A stretch of DNA of 64,000 bases from Isurus oxyrinchus (taxonomy: Eukaryota). A model generated the notes under the pieces. That model saw only the letters and a program-made list of their open reading frames with translations, did no database searches and was not told the DNA's origin. The position numbers were made by a program, and so were the translations under genes. Below, piece after piece: positions 1 through 13,700 of the stretch. Location: the NCBI GenBank assembly GCA_026770705.1, contig JANJGN010000009.1:67208001-67272000 (forward strand). The letters run 5' to 3'. Position 1 is the first letter of the stretch. Each line of letters opens with the position of its first letter.

Positions 1-2316
1 GAAACCAGGGAGTGGAAGCGGGTTTGGGTTGAGATGAGGAATGATAAAGGCAAGAAGTCACTTGTGGGAGCAGTGTACAGGCCCCCTAATGGTAACCACA
101 CGGTGGGACAAAGTATAAAAGAAGAGGTAACGGGAGCTTGTCAGAAAGGTCTGGCAATAATCATGGAGGATTTTAATCCACATATAGACTGGAAAAATCA
201 GATGGAGAAAGAAAACATCGATCAGGAGTTCATTGAATGTTTTCAGGATAGTTCCTTAGAACAGCACATTCTGGAGCCAATGAGAGAGCAGGCTATACTA
301 GACCTGGTATTGAGCAATGAAATAGGATGAATTGATAACCTAATAGTGAAGGCACCCTGGATAGCAGCAATCATAATGTGATTGAATTTTACATTCATTT
401 TGAAGGACAGACGAGCGCATCCAAGACTGGTATTTTAAACTTAAATAAGAGTAATTATGAGGGCATGAAAGTGGAGCTAGCTAAAGTGAACTGGCAAATT
501 AGGTTAAGGGATAGTTCAACAGTGGTTCAGTGGCAGACAGTTAAAGGGATATTTCAAAATACACAGATAGACACATTCCAATGAGAAAGGAAAATTCCAA
601 GGTGAGGGCCCACCTTGATTAACTAAAAAAGTTAAAGACAGTATCAAACTTAAGGAAAAAGCATGTAATGGTGCAAAGACAAGTGGCAGTCCAGAAGATT
701 GGAAAGAATATAAAGAACAGCAATGAGTGACAAAAAGATTAATAAGGAGGGAAAAGTTAGAGTACAAGAGAAAGCTAGCTAGTAATATAAAGATGTATAG
801 TAAGAGTTTCTATATATACTTAAATAAGAAAAGACTTAACAAAATGAGTGTTGATCCTATAGAAAGTGCATCTGGGGAATTGATAATGGAGAGTAGGGAG
901 ATGGCAGATGAATTAAACAGGTATTTTGCTTCCACCTTCACTATAGAGGACACAAGTAACATCCCAGAAATAGCTATAAATCAGGAATTGGAAAGGAGGG
1001 AGGAACCCGGGAAAGTTACAATCACCAGGGAAGTGGTATTGAGCAAATTGTTGAGGCTGCAGGCTGACAAATCTCCAGGTCCGGATGGACTTCACCCTCA
1101 GGTCTTGAAAGAAGTGGCTAGTTGACGTATTGGCTTTAATTTTCCAAAATTCTCTGGTTTCAAGGAAGATTCGATTAGCTTGAAAAATAGCAAATATAAC
1201 TCCTTTATTCAAAAAGAGAGGGAGGCAGAATGCAGGAAACTACAGGCAAGTTAGCCTAACATTTGTCATACAGAAAATTTTAGAAGCTATGGTTAAAGAT
1301 GCTATGGCAGGGCACCTAAAATGGCAATCAGATGGAGTCAACATAATTTTGTAAAAGGGAAATGTTTAACTAATTTATTTGAATTCTTTGAAGAAGTCAC
1401 ATGTGCTGTGGATAAAGGGGAACTGGTGGATGTACTGTACTTAGATTTCCAGAAGGCATTTGATAAAGTGCCACATAAAAGGTTATTGCAGAAAATAAAA
1501 CCTTATGGTGTAGGGGATAACATATTGGCATGGATAGAAGATTGGCTAGCTCACAGGAAGCAGAGAGTTAGCATAAATGTGTCTTTTTCTGGTTGGCAGG
1601 TGTGAAAAGTCGTGTGCCACAGCGATCAGTGCTAGGGCCTTAACCTTTTACAATTTATATAAATGACTTGGATGATAGGACCAAAGGTTGCTAAATTTGC
1701 TGACAACACAAAGATAGATAGAGTAAATTGTGAAGAGGACATAAGGAGGCTACAAAGTGACATAGATAAGTTAAGTGAATGGGAAAAGATCTGACAAATG
1801 GAGTATAATGTGAACAAAATGTGAAGTTGTCCATTTTTTTCTGGAAGAATAAAAAAAGCTTATTATCTAAATGGTGAGAAATTGCAGAGCTCTGAGATTG
1901 AGAGGGATCTGGGTGTCCTAGTGCATGAATCACAAAAGGCTAGTGTGCAGGTAATTAGGAAAGCTAATAGAATGTTATCGTTTATTGTGAGGGGAGCTGA
2001 ATACAAAAGTAGGGAGTCTTTGTTTCAGTCGTACAGGACACTGGTGAGACCACATATGGAGTATTGTGTACAGTATTGGTCTCTTTATTTGAGGAAAGAT
2101 GTAAATGCGTTAGAAGCAGTTCAGAGAAGGTTTATTGGACTAATACCAGGAATGAGCAGGTTGTCTTGTGAGGAAAGGTTGGACAGATTAGGCTTGCATC
2201 CACTGGAATTTAGAAGAGTAAGAGGTGACTTGATTGCAACTTTTAAGATCTTGAGGGGCCTTGACAGAGTGGATGTGGAGAGGATGTTTGCTCTTGTGGG
2301 AGAATCTGAAACTAGG
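1..2316 (+). mobile_element. Degraded CR1 LINE, ORF2 (APE endonuclease + reverse transcriptase), cut by the window start
   Basis: Colinear ORF pieces with CR1 motifs VGAVYRPP, AILDLVL, KSPGPDGLHP, YLDFQKAFDKVPH and LVRPHMEYCVQYW, broken by stops and frameshifts. Confidence 0.95.
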
Positions 2317-2708
2317 AGCCCTTGGCGGGTTGGCTCGGCGGGGGCGGGCAGTCGGGAAGCCAACCGCCGCCTGTGATCGGCACTGCACCACGATTTAATG
2401 CTGGTGGGCCTTAGCTCACTGAGCACTGTCTGTGTGGGGTGGGAGGGTGGCAGGGAGTGCAAGCCAGCCGAGCACAAACTTCGCGCATGTGTGCGAGTGA
2501 GCGCTGCATAATCTCCCTGAGGCAGCTCCCTGAGGCACGGAGCTGCCTCAGGGAGATGAAGAGATATTAAAGAAAAAAAAGAAAAATGTAATAAAACATG
2601 TCCCCTCATGTGACTCTGTCACATGAGCAGAGACTCGTTATTAATGAAAAATTAAAGTTTTTATTTTATTTTTATTTTCTTTTGGAAACCTCATCTCACC
2701 CATGGATG
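2317..2708 (-). mobile_element. Partial Harbinger-type MITE
   Basis: Carries the family hairpins ctccctgaggc..gcctcagggaga, catgtgac..gtcacatg and gaaacctcatc seen in the copies at 27907 and 44555. Confidence 0.8.
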
Positions 2709-2780
2709 CTAGTGTTCCCATGCACCTGATGTCCTTGTCCTTTTAGGTGGTAGATGTCATGGGTTTGGAAAGTGTGTCGA
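2709..2780 (-). mobile_element. Short fragment of the 3' region of the LINE family at 7499-10702
   Basis: Reverse complement matches about 10390-10460 (tccaaaccc..ctagaaggacaagggca..ggaacac). Confidence 0.75.
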
Positions 2781-3272
2781 CCTGCTTAACAGGCATTCCA
2801 CTAAATTAACTTCTAAAACTTGGACTAATTTTACGATGGTCTTTGTCAAGAAGTTCTGCAGGGCAACTACCTGGAACAATCTTTATATTTTTACCAATTG
2901 CTGTTATCTGGATTTATCAACTGAGGCTGATCTTCAGTTTGACTAATTGAGTCTGTTCAAAGGTAGTTTATCACAACTGAAGTTGACTTCTTTCCTCTTC
3001 ATGAATGCCTGTGATGCATGAACAATGAAAAAATGAAGAGTTAAAAATATTACCTAATTTGGAAGCTGTTTTTAATTGTTCAAATCAAAACATCTTCCAA
3101 GCTGACACAATCCTGTCCTTTGATTCCCTTCAATGTCTCTCAGTACCCATTCCATGCATTGTTCCTCTCCTCACTGTATACTCTGAGAACAAATGTCCAA
3201 GGAGGGCATATTTGCATAACATTGGGAAGTAATCAAATCCCTGGAATGGTAGATGTCAAATGTCTTTAACAG

Positions 3273-3367
3273 CATATGTCCCTCCTGGTTTTCCTGGTGA
3301 CGACTGAGTTCACTCACGCAGTGTACGACCACTGCTTCGATTCAAAGAATATAGAAAATCCAGGCAG
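3273..3367 (+). CDS. Putative exon of an unidentified host gene (HMSLLVFLVTTEFTHAVYDHCFDSKNIENPG)
   Basis: tctttaacag| acceptor and cag|gtaggt donor, only one open frame, non-repetitive sequence; no homology recognised. Confidence 0.3.
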
Positions 3368-4414
3368 GTAGGTGATCACAACATCCTGCTGAGGTGAAGA
3401 TATCAGTTTATGCTGTTAACCACCAAATGAAGAGCTTGATGCAGGAATTTTTACGTTGCAAGAGACAAGTACATTTATTTGGCAACAATAGGCCTGAAAA
3501 GAGGATTGTTGTCAACTTAACACGTAGAAAACTTTATTTAAAATTTTGGAAATGTTACTCAGTATATTGCAATGGTGAATAGTACTGTAGTTTGCTGTTC
3601 AGTATTTAATAGTAATAGTGCTGAAAGAGCCTAAGGGAACAATCCAGACTACATGTACAGCTCACCACTGTGAAAACAGACTCTCAGAATCAATGTCCAA
3701 AATATTAATGAAGCTTAGAAATAGATGACAGGACTGCAAGAAAACAGATGTTGCAAATGTAATGAATGGATAACTGTCTATATATCTTCCTTCAGCTGGG
3801 TTTGCTTGCAGAATTTAGCTAATCTAATCTGTGGAACATGTACTAATGTTTGTGTTATTGAGGATCTTCTGGGCATTGTATAATGATTGTAGTGTACTGA
3901 AGAGACCAGCAATTATTTTGTGGCTGTCTGTTTTCACATGTCGTAAATCAGGCCTAATACCACTTTGAACAGTTTTTGATGAATCACGAGTTCATGGTAC
4001 ACTTAAAGTAGTTAATGCAATATTAAACTGACTGTTGATTCATCTCAAGCCCCAGATGTGATTCGGCAGTCAAAGATGCCTAATTTATCAGTTTGACTGT
4101 GTATATTGACAACATGAACATGTCTGTATTTTGATTTCTATTTGGTGCACAATTTATTTGCCGGTTAGAAATTAACTCCCTACCTTTTGTACAACATTTA
4201 ATGGCATATAGCTCTTTTCGATGCATTTTGCTAAGATGTTTGAGGCCGTGAGATTATATTTGGATTTTCAGCTTCCTCCTGATATTATTTATGATCTGTT
4301 TATTACAAGGCATTGTTTTTGTCCCAAAATTCATTGTCTTCCTTTTCATAAACTTATCTATTGGAAAATCCATTTCGGTGGCTTTAAAGTTTTTCTGTCC
4401 AGATATTATGACAA

Positions 4415-5500
4415 ACAGAAAAAAGGGGCATATGACAGGCTGCAGGGGTTGGTGAGGTGGGGTAGTGATTTATAATATTAGTCAAAGAAACAATCACAGC
4501 TGCGAAGTGGGATGATATTTTAGAAGGAATACCAACCGAGGCCATATAGGTTGAATTTAAGGACAACAAAAGAACAATCACTGTACTGGGAGTATACTAC
4601 TTGAAAGGGTGATAGGGGCAGAAATGTTCATCACTTTAAAAAACACACTTGGATATGCACTGCTGTAACCTACAGAAACATAGGCCAAGAACTGGAAGGT
4701 GGATTAGGCTGAATAGCTCTTTCTCTGATGGTGCAGACACAGTGGGCCATGTAGCCTCCTTCTGTGCCATTAGTCTTTCTATGTTTTTTCTGTCAGCTTG
4801 AAAATATAAAGGAGATTAGGCTGAATATAAGAAGTTCAGATGAAAAGTGAGAAAGGAAATAAGAGGGACAAAAAGGGGGATACAAGAATAGATTAGCGGC
4901 CAACATAAAAGTGAATACAAAGGTCAAATTTAGGGATATTAACAGGAAAAGAACTGTCAGAGAAGAAGTGGGATTGATTAAGGACCAAAATTGAGATCTA
5001 TTAGTGAAGGCAGAAGGCAAGGCTGAAGTACTAGATAAGTGCTTTTTGCCAAATTTATGGTAAATGAAGAGGTTTGCAGGATACTGGGTGAGATAAAAAT
5101 AGATAAAGAGATATATGAAGGCAGTAGCATTTTAAGTGATTGAGTCATCCAGTTCTAGATGGGATGCATCCTAGGTTACTGGGGGAAGTAAGGGTAGAAA
5201 TTGTGGAGATGCTGGCCACAATCTTTTAATCCTCCCTAGTCATGCAAGGACTGTTGGATTGGTCATTTCAGTTTAACATCAATGATGGGAAGCTTTTAGA
5301 AACAATAACCTGGAAGAAATGAATGGCTACTTTGTCAAGCACAAACTATTAAAGGAAAGCCAGCAGACCTTTTTAAGGACAATTGTTGAGATTTTTGATG
5401 ACCCAACAGAGAAGGTGGATGAGGGTAGTGCAGGTGGTGTTGTGTATTTGGACTTTAACAAGATATTTTGATAAAGTAACACATATTAGGCTTGTTAGGG
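4415..5500 (+). mobile_element. Heavily deleted CR1 LINE fragments
   Basis: Remnants of CR1 endonuclease, 3' UTR and RT (gatgggatgcatcctagg = DGMHPR; gtgtatttggacttt = VYLDF). Confidence 0.75.
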
Positions 5501-5699
5501 ATAGTAATTATACCTTTAATTGTAATCAGGTGGTGGGTATTAACTAGGGATTCACTTGATTTATACTCAGAAGAGTATAACTGAAATATGCACCTCTTTC
5601 TGTGAAGAAAAGCATATGAAATGTGTAACTATTAGGTTCCAGTTCTATTACTCACTGTCCGGCTTTCTGGAGTAGAATATCCCTTTTGTCTCAAGGGCT

Positions 5700-6420
5700 T
5701 CAATTTTACAAATACCACCTACTCCAACCAGCCAATGCATAAATGTCCATAGCCATGGTCACCTTCACAGCCACTGGCAATGCCATCCTTGCTCATTCTG
5801 AGGTGGCAGTTGTGGCAGCATCCAGTGGCAGATTTCCGTGAGGACATCCTTATTTAAGTGGAGATGTCAGACAAATTGCTCCTCGCTAAGCTTCAGGCAG
5901 GAGAAATTCTCCCTGAATATTCCAAGTGGACATGGCTCCTTCTGCTCCCTCCTCCTTCTCCCTTTTCCAACAGCTTATCATGCTTTGTGGCATCTCTGCA
6001 TATTCTCCCTTCCATGCAATGGGACAACGATGGGCACTGCACCCATTACTGGGGGCAAGTAGTCTGCGCAACCCTTTTGACGTCAGGACAAAGTTCTCCA
6101 ATATCTGTCATACCACTTCCTGTTGCCTTCAGCAACTTTAAACAACTCTAGAAACTATTAACCATTTATACCATTTAATTGCAGCAAGCTAGTAGAAAGC
6201 AATCTATATCCTGAAAATAATTGATGTCACTAGTTAGTGCAGCTTCCTGCTGCTGAATGCACATTCAGCTGTGCATGATTTCAAGAAGACATTAACTCGC
6301 TCTTTGAGCTCCAAAATGGCAGCACTGGCATCATTATATGCAGGTTAATATCTTTATCTATTTCAGTGAATGGTCTATGCATGGGTGCCATTTTGGAAAG
6401 AAAACCACACTCTTGCCACT
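5700..6420 (-). mobile_element. Degenerate Harbinger transposase remnant
   Basis: Reverse complement of about 5745-5785 reads ALPVAVKVTMA, matching HPLPVAMKVIV in the transposase at about 16500. Confidence 0.55.
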
Positions 6421-7160
6421 AGAAAACAAAGTTTCCCATTCATATTTCGCTCATAAAACAATGTGGAAGTATAAGTTACATCCTTGGTCATTAATAAGGA
6501 TGAATATTATGATCTAATGGTAAGTGCAATTGAGAAAGGCTTCCCATATTTTGTGAGCCCAGCTTTGTTCATTGGTTAAATAAGCTTTCTGCACTTTGGA
6601 TGCCTTGGGCTAGCACCATAACTGGTGTGGAGGGCACAATGAAGAGAAGTTGTAGCCATTAAAAGCTGAAGCTCCAAGTAAAACAATTACACCCACTTAA
6701 CGGAAAATGATTGCATGGGTCCACGTGGACTTACATAGTGTTTAAAGTTATAATGAGGGTTGAATTGGATGGCTCGTACTATTCTCCATGCTCAAGCCTA
6801 CAATTTATGCTCCCATCAAGGGAAGCTCTGTGCCAGATGCAAATCTTCGCAAAATTGGCCATATTATAGGCTGCCTTTCATTTTGACCTTGATCATGTAA
6901 ATGCAATGCACACAGCAGATAGATTGTTGACTTAATTAATGTCTGTTTCATATCCTGGCACTTATTTTGGTTCCAGAAAAATAATGAGGTTATTAGGTTC
7001 TACTAGCCTGGGAAGTTAAAATATACAATACATTCATCACTTACAGCAGTTAAGCAGTTGCAACATTCAAATTGAGTCCGTGATATCTGGATACTCTGAC
7101 CCCTACTAACATTTGCTTCAGACATGGACCCAGGTTTTTGAAATGACAACAAAACATTCA

Positions 7161-7287
7161 GGATGGGATTGACCAGCCCCTTCCACTGGCGAGATCTTCC
7201 AGTCCCGCCGAAGTCAATGGAAATTTAAATGGCTTGCCACATCTGCCACGAGGGAGCCTGATGCAGTGGGGCCGGAAAACCCCAACC
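7161..7287. mobile_element. Short (~127 bp) MITE
   Basis: Imperfect TIRs ggatgggatt../..gaaaaccccaacc flanked by TCA on both sides; resembles 36049-36178. Confidence 0.65.
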
Positions 7288-7498
7288 TCAGCGTTCACTC
7301 CTCTGAAACTAACACCAGCTTCTCGAATCTGCACATAAAAAATTAAACTTGGAGATCCAGAGGTTGTTGTCAGTGATTGTACATGTCTTCAGGCAGTGCG
7401 CTGTTGGGGTTCCACAGCACCGTACCCTGCCAGAAGATAATCAATAGAAAATTATTGAACTGATGAGAATTTTTAATCGTCTTCTTATTATTCTTTGA

Positions 7499-10400
7499 GG
7501 GGAGGTGGTGGCACAGTGGTAATGTCACTGGACTAGTAATGCAGAGGCCCAGGTAACGCTCTGGGAACATGGGTTCAAACACCACCATAGCAGCTGGTGG
7601 AATTTAAAAATTCAATCAATATATCTGGAATTAAAAGCTAGTGTCAGTAATAGTAACCATGAAGCCATTGCCATCAAAATCTATCTGGTTCACTAATGCC
7701 CCTTCAGGGAAGGAAATCTGTTGTCCTTATGTGGTCTGGCCTACATGTGACTCCAGGTCTACAGCAATGTGATTGGCTCCCTCTGAAATGGCCTAGCAAG
7801 CTGCTCAGTTGTATCAAGCTACTAAGCCTAAAATGAATGAAACCAGACAGACCATTGGGCATCGGAAGTGGCAATGTCAAACCCAGCCTTGTCAACCCCA
7901 GTCCTCCTGACTAACATCTGGAGGCTTGTGCCAAAACTGGGAGAGCTGTCCCACAGACTAGTCAAGCAACTGTATGATATTGTCATACTCATGGAATCAT
8001 ACCTTACAGACAATGTCCCAGACACCATTATCATCATCATTTGGTATGCCTTGTCCCACTGGCAGGACAGACAGATCCATCAGAGGTGGTAAAACAGTGG
8101 TCAGGGCAGAGATTACCTGGGAGTCCTCAACGTTGATTCCAGACCCCATTAGGTTTCATGGCATCAGGTCAAACCATGGGCATGGAAACCTCCTTCTGAT
8201 TACCACCTAACGCCACCCCCTCACCCCCTCAGCAGATGAATCAATACTCCTCCATGTTGAACACCAAATGGAAGAAGCACTGAGGTTAGAAAGGGCACAA
8301 AATGTACTCTGGGTGGAAGATTTCAATGTCCATCACTAACAATGATTCGGTAGCAGCTATTGACCAAGCTGACTGAGTCCTAACTGCTAGACTTGGTCTG
8401 CAGCAGATGGTGAGGGAACCAAAAAAGGGAAAAAAACTACTTGACCTTCTCCTCACCAATCTGCCTGTCACAGATGCATCTGTCCATGACAGTATCAGTA
8501 GGAGTGACCACCACACAGTCCTTGTGGAGACAAAGTCCTCACATCACAATGAGGATACCCTCCGCTCTATTGAGTGGCATAACACCATGCTAAATGGGTT
8601 AGATTTCAAATAATCCAGCAACTCAAAACCGGTCATCCATCAGGCACTGTGGGCCATCAGCAGCAGGATTGTATTTAACCACAATCTGTAACCTCATGGC
8701 TTGATATATCCCTCAGTTTATCATTTCCATCGAGCTGGGGGATCAATCTGGTTCAATGAAGATTGCAGGAGGCCACACCAGGAACAGCACCAGGCAAACC
8801 TAAAAATAAGATGTCAGCCTGGTGAAGCCACAACATAGGACTACTCACATGCCAAACAGCAAAAGCAGCATGCAATAGGCCAAGCTAACAATCCCACAAT
8901 CAATGAATCAGACGTAAGCTCAGCAGTCCTGCCACATCTAGTCATGAATGATGGTGGACAATTAAATAACTAACAGAAGGAGGAAGCTCCATAAATGTCC
9001 CCAACCTCAATGATGTGGGGGCCCAGCACATCAGAGCCAAAGAAAAGGCTGAAGCATATGCAACCATCTTCAGCCAGAAGTGTCGAGTTGATGATCCATC
9101 TCGGGCTCTTCCTGAGGTCCCCAGCATCACAATTGCCAGCTAGTTTGATTTAGTCCATGTGATTTCAAGAAACGGCTGAAGGCACTGGATACGGCAAAGG
9201 CTACGGGCACTGACAACATTCCAGCAATACTACTGAAGACTTGAGTTCCAGAAATAGCTGTGCCCCTAGCCAAGCTGTTCCAGTACAGCCAGAACATTGC
9301 ATCTACCTGGCAATGTGGAAAATTGCCCAGGTATGACCTGTACACAAAAAGCAGGACAAATCCAACCCAGCTTTTTACCAACCCAATAGGCTAATCTCTA
9401 TCAGCAGCAAAGTGATGGAAGGTGTTATTGCCAGTACTATCACTGGCACTTACAGAGCAATACCAATTTCACTGATACTCCATTTATGTTCCATCCGAGG
9501 TACTCCGCTCCTGACCTCATTACATCCTTGATCTAAATATGGACAAAAGAACTGAACTTGGGAGATGACAGTGACTTCCCTTGACATCAAGGAAGCATTT
9601 GACTAAGTGTGAGATCATGGAACCCAAGCAAAATTGAAGTCAATGGGAACCAGTGGGAAAGCTCTCCACTGGTTAGAATTATACTTAGCTAGAGGAAGAT
9701 GGTTATGGTTGCTTGTGGTCAATCATCTTAGTAACAGGACATCACTGCAGGAGTTCCTAAGAGTAGTGTCCTAGGCCCAAACATCTTCAGCTGCTTCAAA
9801 ACTGATCTTTCTTCCATCATAAGGTCTGAAGTGGGGATATTTACTGCTGACTACAGAATGTTCAGCACCATTTGCGACTCCTCAGATATGGAAGCAGTTT
9901 TTGTCCATGCTCATCAAGACCTGGACAACATTCAGGCTTGGGCTGATTGGTGACAAATAACATTCGATCCACACAGATGCCAAGCAATGACCATCTCCAA
10001 CAAGAGAGAATCTAACCACCTCCCCTTGACATTCAATGGCATACTATCAACATCCTGGAGGTTACCATTGACCAGGAACTGAACTGGGCCAGCCACGTTA
10101 ATACTGTGGCTACAAGAGCAGGTCAGAGGATAGGAATTCTGTAGACAGTAACTCCCCTCCTAACTCCTCAAAGCTTATCCACCATCTACAAGGCACAAAT
10201 CAGGAGCATGATGGAATATTCCCCATTTGCCTGGATGACTGCCACTCCAACAACACTCAAGAAGCTTGACACCATTCAGGAGAAAGCAGCCTGCTTGATT
10301 GGCACCCCACCAACAAACATTCACTCCCTTCACCACCAATGAACAGTGGCAGCAGTGTGTACCACCTACAGATGTACTGCAGCATCTTTCGACAGCATCT

Positions 10401-10702
10401 TCCAAACCCACAATCTCTACTATCTAGAAGGACAAGGGCAGTAGATGTATAGGAACACCACCACCTGCAAGTTCCTCTCCAAGCCGTAAACCATCTTGAC
10501 TTGGAATTATATCACCATTCCTTCAATGTCACTGGGTCAAAATCCTGGAACTCCATCTCCAACAGTGCTATGGGTGTACCTATACCATATGGAGTGCAGC
10601 AGTTTAAGAAAGTGGCTCACCACCACCTTCTCAAGGGAAATTAGGGATAGGAAATAAATACTGACCTAGCCATTGATGCCTACATCCTGTGAACAAAAAA
10701 AA
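7499..10702 (+). mobile_element. Near full-length degraded LINE (CR1/L2 group, single APE-RT ORF) with a tRNA-like SINE head as its 5' end
   Basis: A-box tggcacagtgg at 7509 and B-box-like gttcaaacac at 7573; APE start LLTNIWRLVPKLGEL..DIVILMESYL; RT motifs LDIKEAFD and GVPKSSVLGP; C-terminal YKAQIRSMMEYSP; A-rich tail. Confidence 0.88.
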
Positions 10703-10718
10703 GTAAGTTCTTAGCCTC

Positions 10719-13700
10719 TAAGATAAAAGCAAAAAAACTGCGGATGCTTGAAATCCAAAATAAAAATAAAAATACCTGGAAAATCTCAGCAGGTCTGACA
10801 GCATCTGCGGAGAGGAATACAGTTAACGTTTCGAGTCCGTATGACTCTTCAACAGAACTAAAGAAAAATAGAAAAGAGGTGAAATATAAGCTGGTTTAAG
10901 GGGGGGTGGGACAGGTAGTGCTGGATAGAGAGCCAGTGATAGGTGGAGATAGCCAAAAGATGTCATAGACAAAAGGACAAAGAGGTGTTGAACGTGGTGA
11001 TATTATCTCAGGAATGTGCTAATAGGTGACATTAAGGGTAGAAAGCAGGACGAGCAAGGTACAGATAGCCCTAGTGGGGGTGGGGTGGGGGAAGGGATGA
11101 ATAATATGCTAAAAGGTAGAGATAAAACAATGGATGGAAGTACATTTAAAAATAATGAAAAAAGGTGGGGAAAGAAAAATCTGTATAAATTATTGGAAAA
11201 AAGGGGGGTCGGAAAGTGGATGGGGATGGAGGAGAGAGTTCATGATCTACAATTATTGTACTCAATATTCAGTACAGAAAGCTGTAAAGTGCCTAGTCGG
11301 AAGATGAGGCGCAGTTCCTCCAGTTTGCATTAAGCTTCACTGGAACAATACAGCAGGCCAAGGACAGACATGTGGACGTGAGAGCAGGGTGGAGTGTTGA
11401 AATGGCAAGCAACAGGGAGGTCTTGGTCATGCTTGTGTACAGACCGAAGGTGTTCCGCAAAGCGGTCACCCAGTCTGCATTTGGCCTCTCCAACCTAGAG
11501 GAAACCACATTGGGAGCAGCGAATGCAGTAGACTAAATTGAGGGAAGTGCAAGTGAAATGCTGCTTCACTTGAAAGGAGTGTTTGGGCCCTTGGACGGTG
11601 AGGAGAGGGGAAGTAAAGGGGCAGGTGTTGCACCTTCTGTGGTTGCATGAGAAGGTGCCGTGGGAGGGGGTTGAGGTGTAGGGGGTGATGGAGGGGTGGA
11701 CCAGGGTTTCTCAGAGAGAACAATCCTTGCTGAATGCTGCCAGGGTTGCAAAGGGAAGATGTGTTTGGTGGTGGCATTATGCTGGAGTTGGCAGAAATGG
11801 CGGAGGATGATCCTTTGAATGCGGAGGCTGGTGGGGTGATAAGTGAGGACAAGGGGGACCATATAATGGTTCTGGGAGGGAGAAGAAGGCGTGAGGGCAA
11901 ATGCGCAGGAAATGGGCTGGATACGGTTGAGGGCCCTGTCAACCACTGTGGGTGGAAAACCTTGGTTAAGGAAGAAGGAAGCCATGTCAGAGGAACTGTT
12001 TTTGAAAGTGGCATCATCAGAACAGATGTGACGGAGGCGAAGGAACTGAGAGAATGGGATGGAGTCCTTACAGGAAGTGGGGTGTGAGGAGCTGTAGTCG
12101 AGGTAGCTGTGGGAGTTGGTAGGCTTGTAATGGATATTGGTGGACAGTCTATCACCAGAAATTGAGATAGCGAGGTCAAGGAAGGAAAGGGAAGTGTCAG
12201 AGATGGACCATGTGAAAATGTTGGAGGAGTGGGAAATTGGAAGCGAAATTAATAAATTTTTCCAGGTCCAGAGGAGAGCATGAAGCAGCACCGAAGCAAT
12301 CATCGATGTACCGGAGAAAGAGTTGAGTGAAGCTGTCAGAGTAGGACTGGAACAGGGAATGTTCCACATACCCAGTGACAGGCATGACTGGGGCCCATGC
12401 GAGTTCCCATAGCCACACCGTTTGTTTGGAGGAAGTGAGATAAGTTTAAGGAGAAATTGTTCAGTGAAAGATCAAGTTCAGCCAGACAGAGGAAAGTAGT
12501 TGTGGATGGGGATTGTTCGGGTCTCTGTTTGAGGAAGAAGCGGAGAGCCCTCAGACCATCCTGGTGGGGGATGGAAGTGTAGAGGGATTGGATGTCCATG
12601 GTGAAGAGGATGGGGCCAGGGAACTGGAAATTGTTGGTATGATGTAGGGTGTCAGAGGAATCATGGGTGTAGGTGGGAAGGGACTGGACAAAGGGAGAGA
12701 GAATGGAGTCAGGATGGCAAGAAATAAGTTCCATGGGGCAGGAACAGGCTGACACGATCGGTCTGCCAGGACAGTCCTGTTTGTGGATTTTGGGTAGGAG
12801 GTAGAAGTGGGCTGTCTGAGGTTGGGAGACTGTGAGATTGGAAGCTGTGGAAGGAAGATCTCCAGAAGAGATGAGGTCAGTAACAGTCCTGGAAACAATG
12901 GCTTGATGTTCAGTGGTGGGGTCATGGTCCGGGGGAGGTAGGAGGAAGTGTCTGTAAGTTGACGCCCAGCCTCTGTGAGGTAGAGGTCAGTGCGCCAGAC
13001 AACAACAGCACTACCCTTGTCAGCAGGTTGGATGAAAATGTCAGAGTTGGACCTGAGAGAACGGAATGCAGTAAGTTCAGAGAGAGACAGGTTAGAGTGG
13101 GTGAGAGGAGCAGAGAAATTGAGACGACTGATGTTATGCTGACAGTTCTCAATGAAAAGATCGAACGAAGATAAGAATCCAGAGGGAGGGGTCCAGATGG
13201 AGGGAGAATATTGGAGGTGGGTAAAAGGATCCGTTGAACGGGGAAAGGACTCCTGCCCAAAGAAGTGAGCACGGAGACGAAGGCGGCAGAAGAAGAGTTC
13301 AGCATCGTGCCGAGCCCGAAATTCATTGAGATGAGGGCGCAAGGGTATGAAACTAACTCCTTTGCTGAGCAGTGAACATTCAGCATTGGAGAGGGAAAGG
13401 TCAGGGGGTATAGTGAATACACAGCTGGGGCTGGGATTGGAAGACGGGATGGGGATAGAGGGCCAGGTAGGGGTGGAGGGTCCTGGATAGGCGTTGGTGT
13501 CAATGAGTTGTTGGAGCTTCCGTTCCTTTGCACCTGAAAGAAAGAGACACAGTTACTTGTTGAGGCGTCGGATGAGATGAAGAATAAAATGAAACTGGGG
13601 GCACGGACATCTTAGAAATAGGGTGCGGCGGTGCTGCTGGAGGGAGAGGCCGAGTGTGTTCATATGGCGGTGCATGACACTGAGTGTAGATCTCAGGATG

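Noticed and set aside
3318-3388. Alternative minus-strand exon (QDVVITYLPGFSIFFESKQWSYT) with cctcag acceptor and gtgagt donor
   Set aside because: It overlaps the plus-strand candidate and no compatible minus-strand partner exons were found; it cannot be excluded without RNA data
7499-7590. Functional tRNA gene
   Set aside because: It has A/B-box-like motifs but no convincing cloverleaf or terminator and is part of a repeat head
11734-12087. ORFs antisense to or overlapping the Penelope ORF (also 40382-40708, 54910-55236, 40080-40625)
   Set aside because: They recur only because the element is repeated; they are shadow frames of a C-rich coding strand with no recognisable domain
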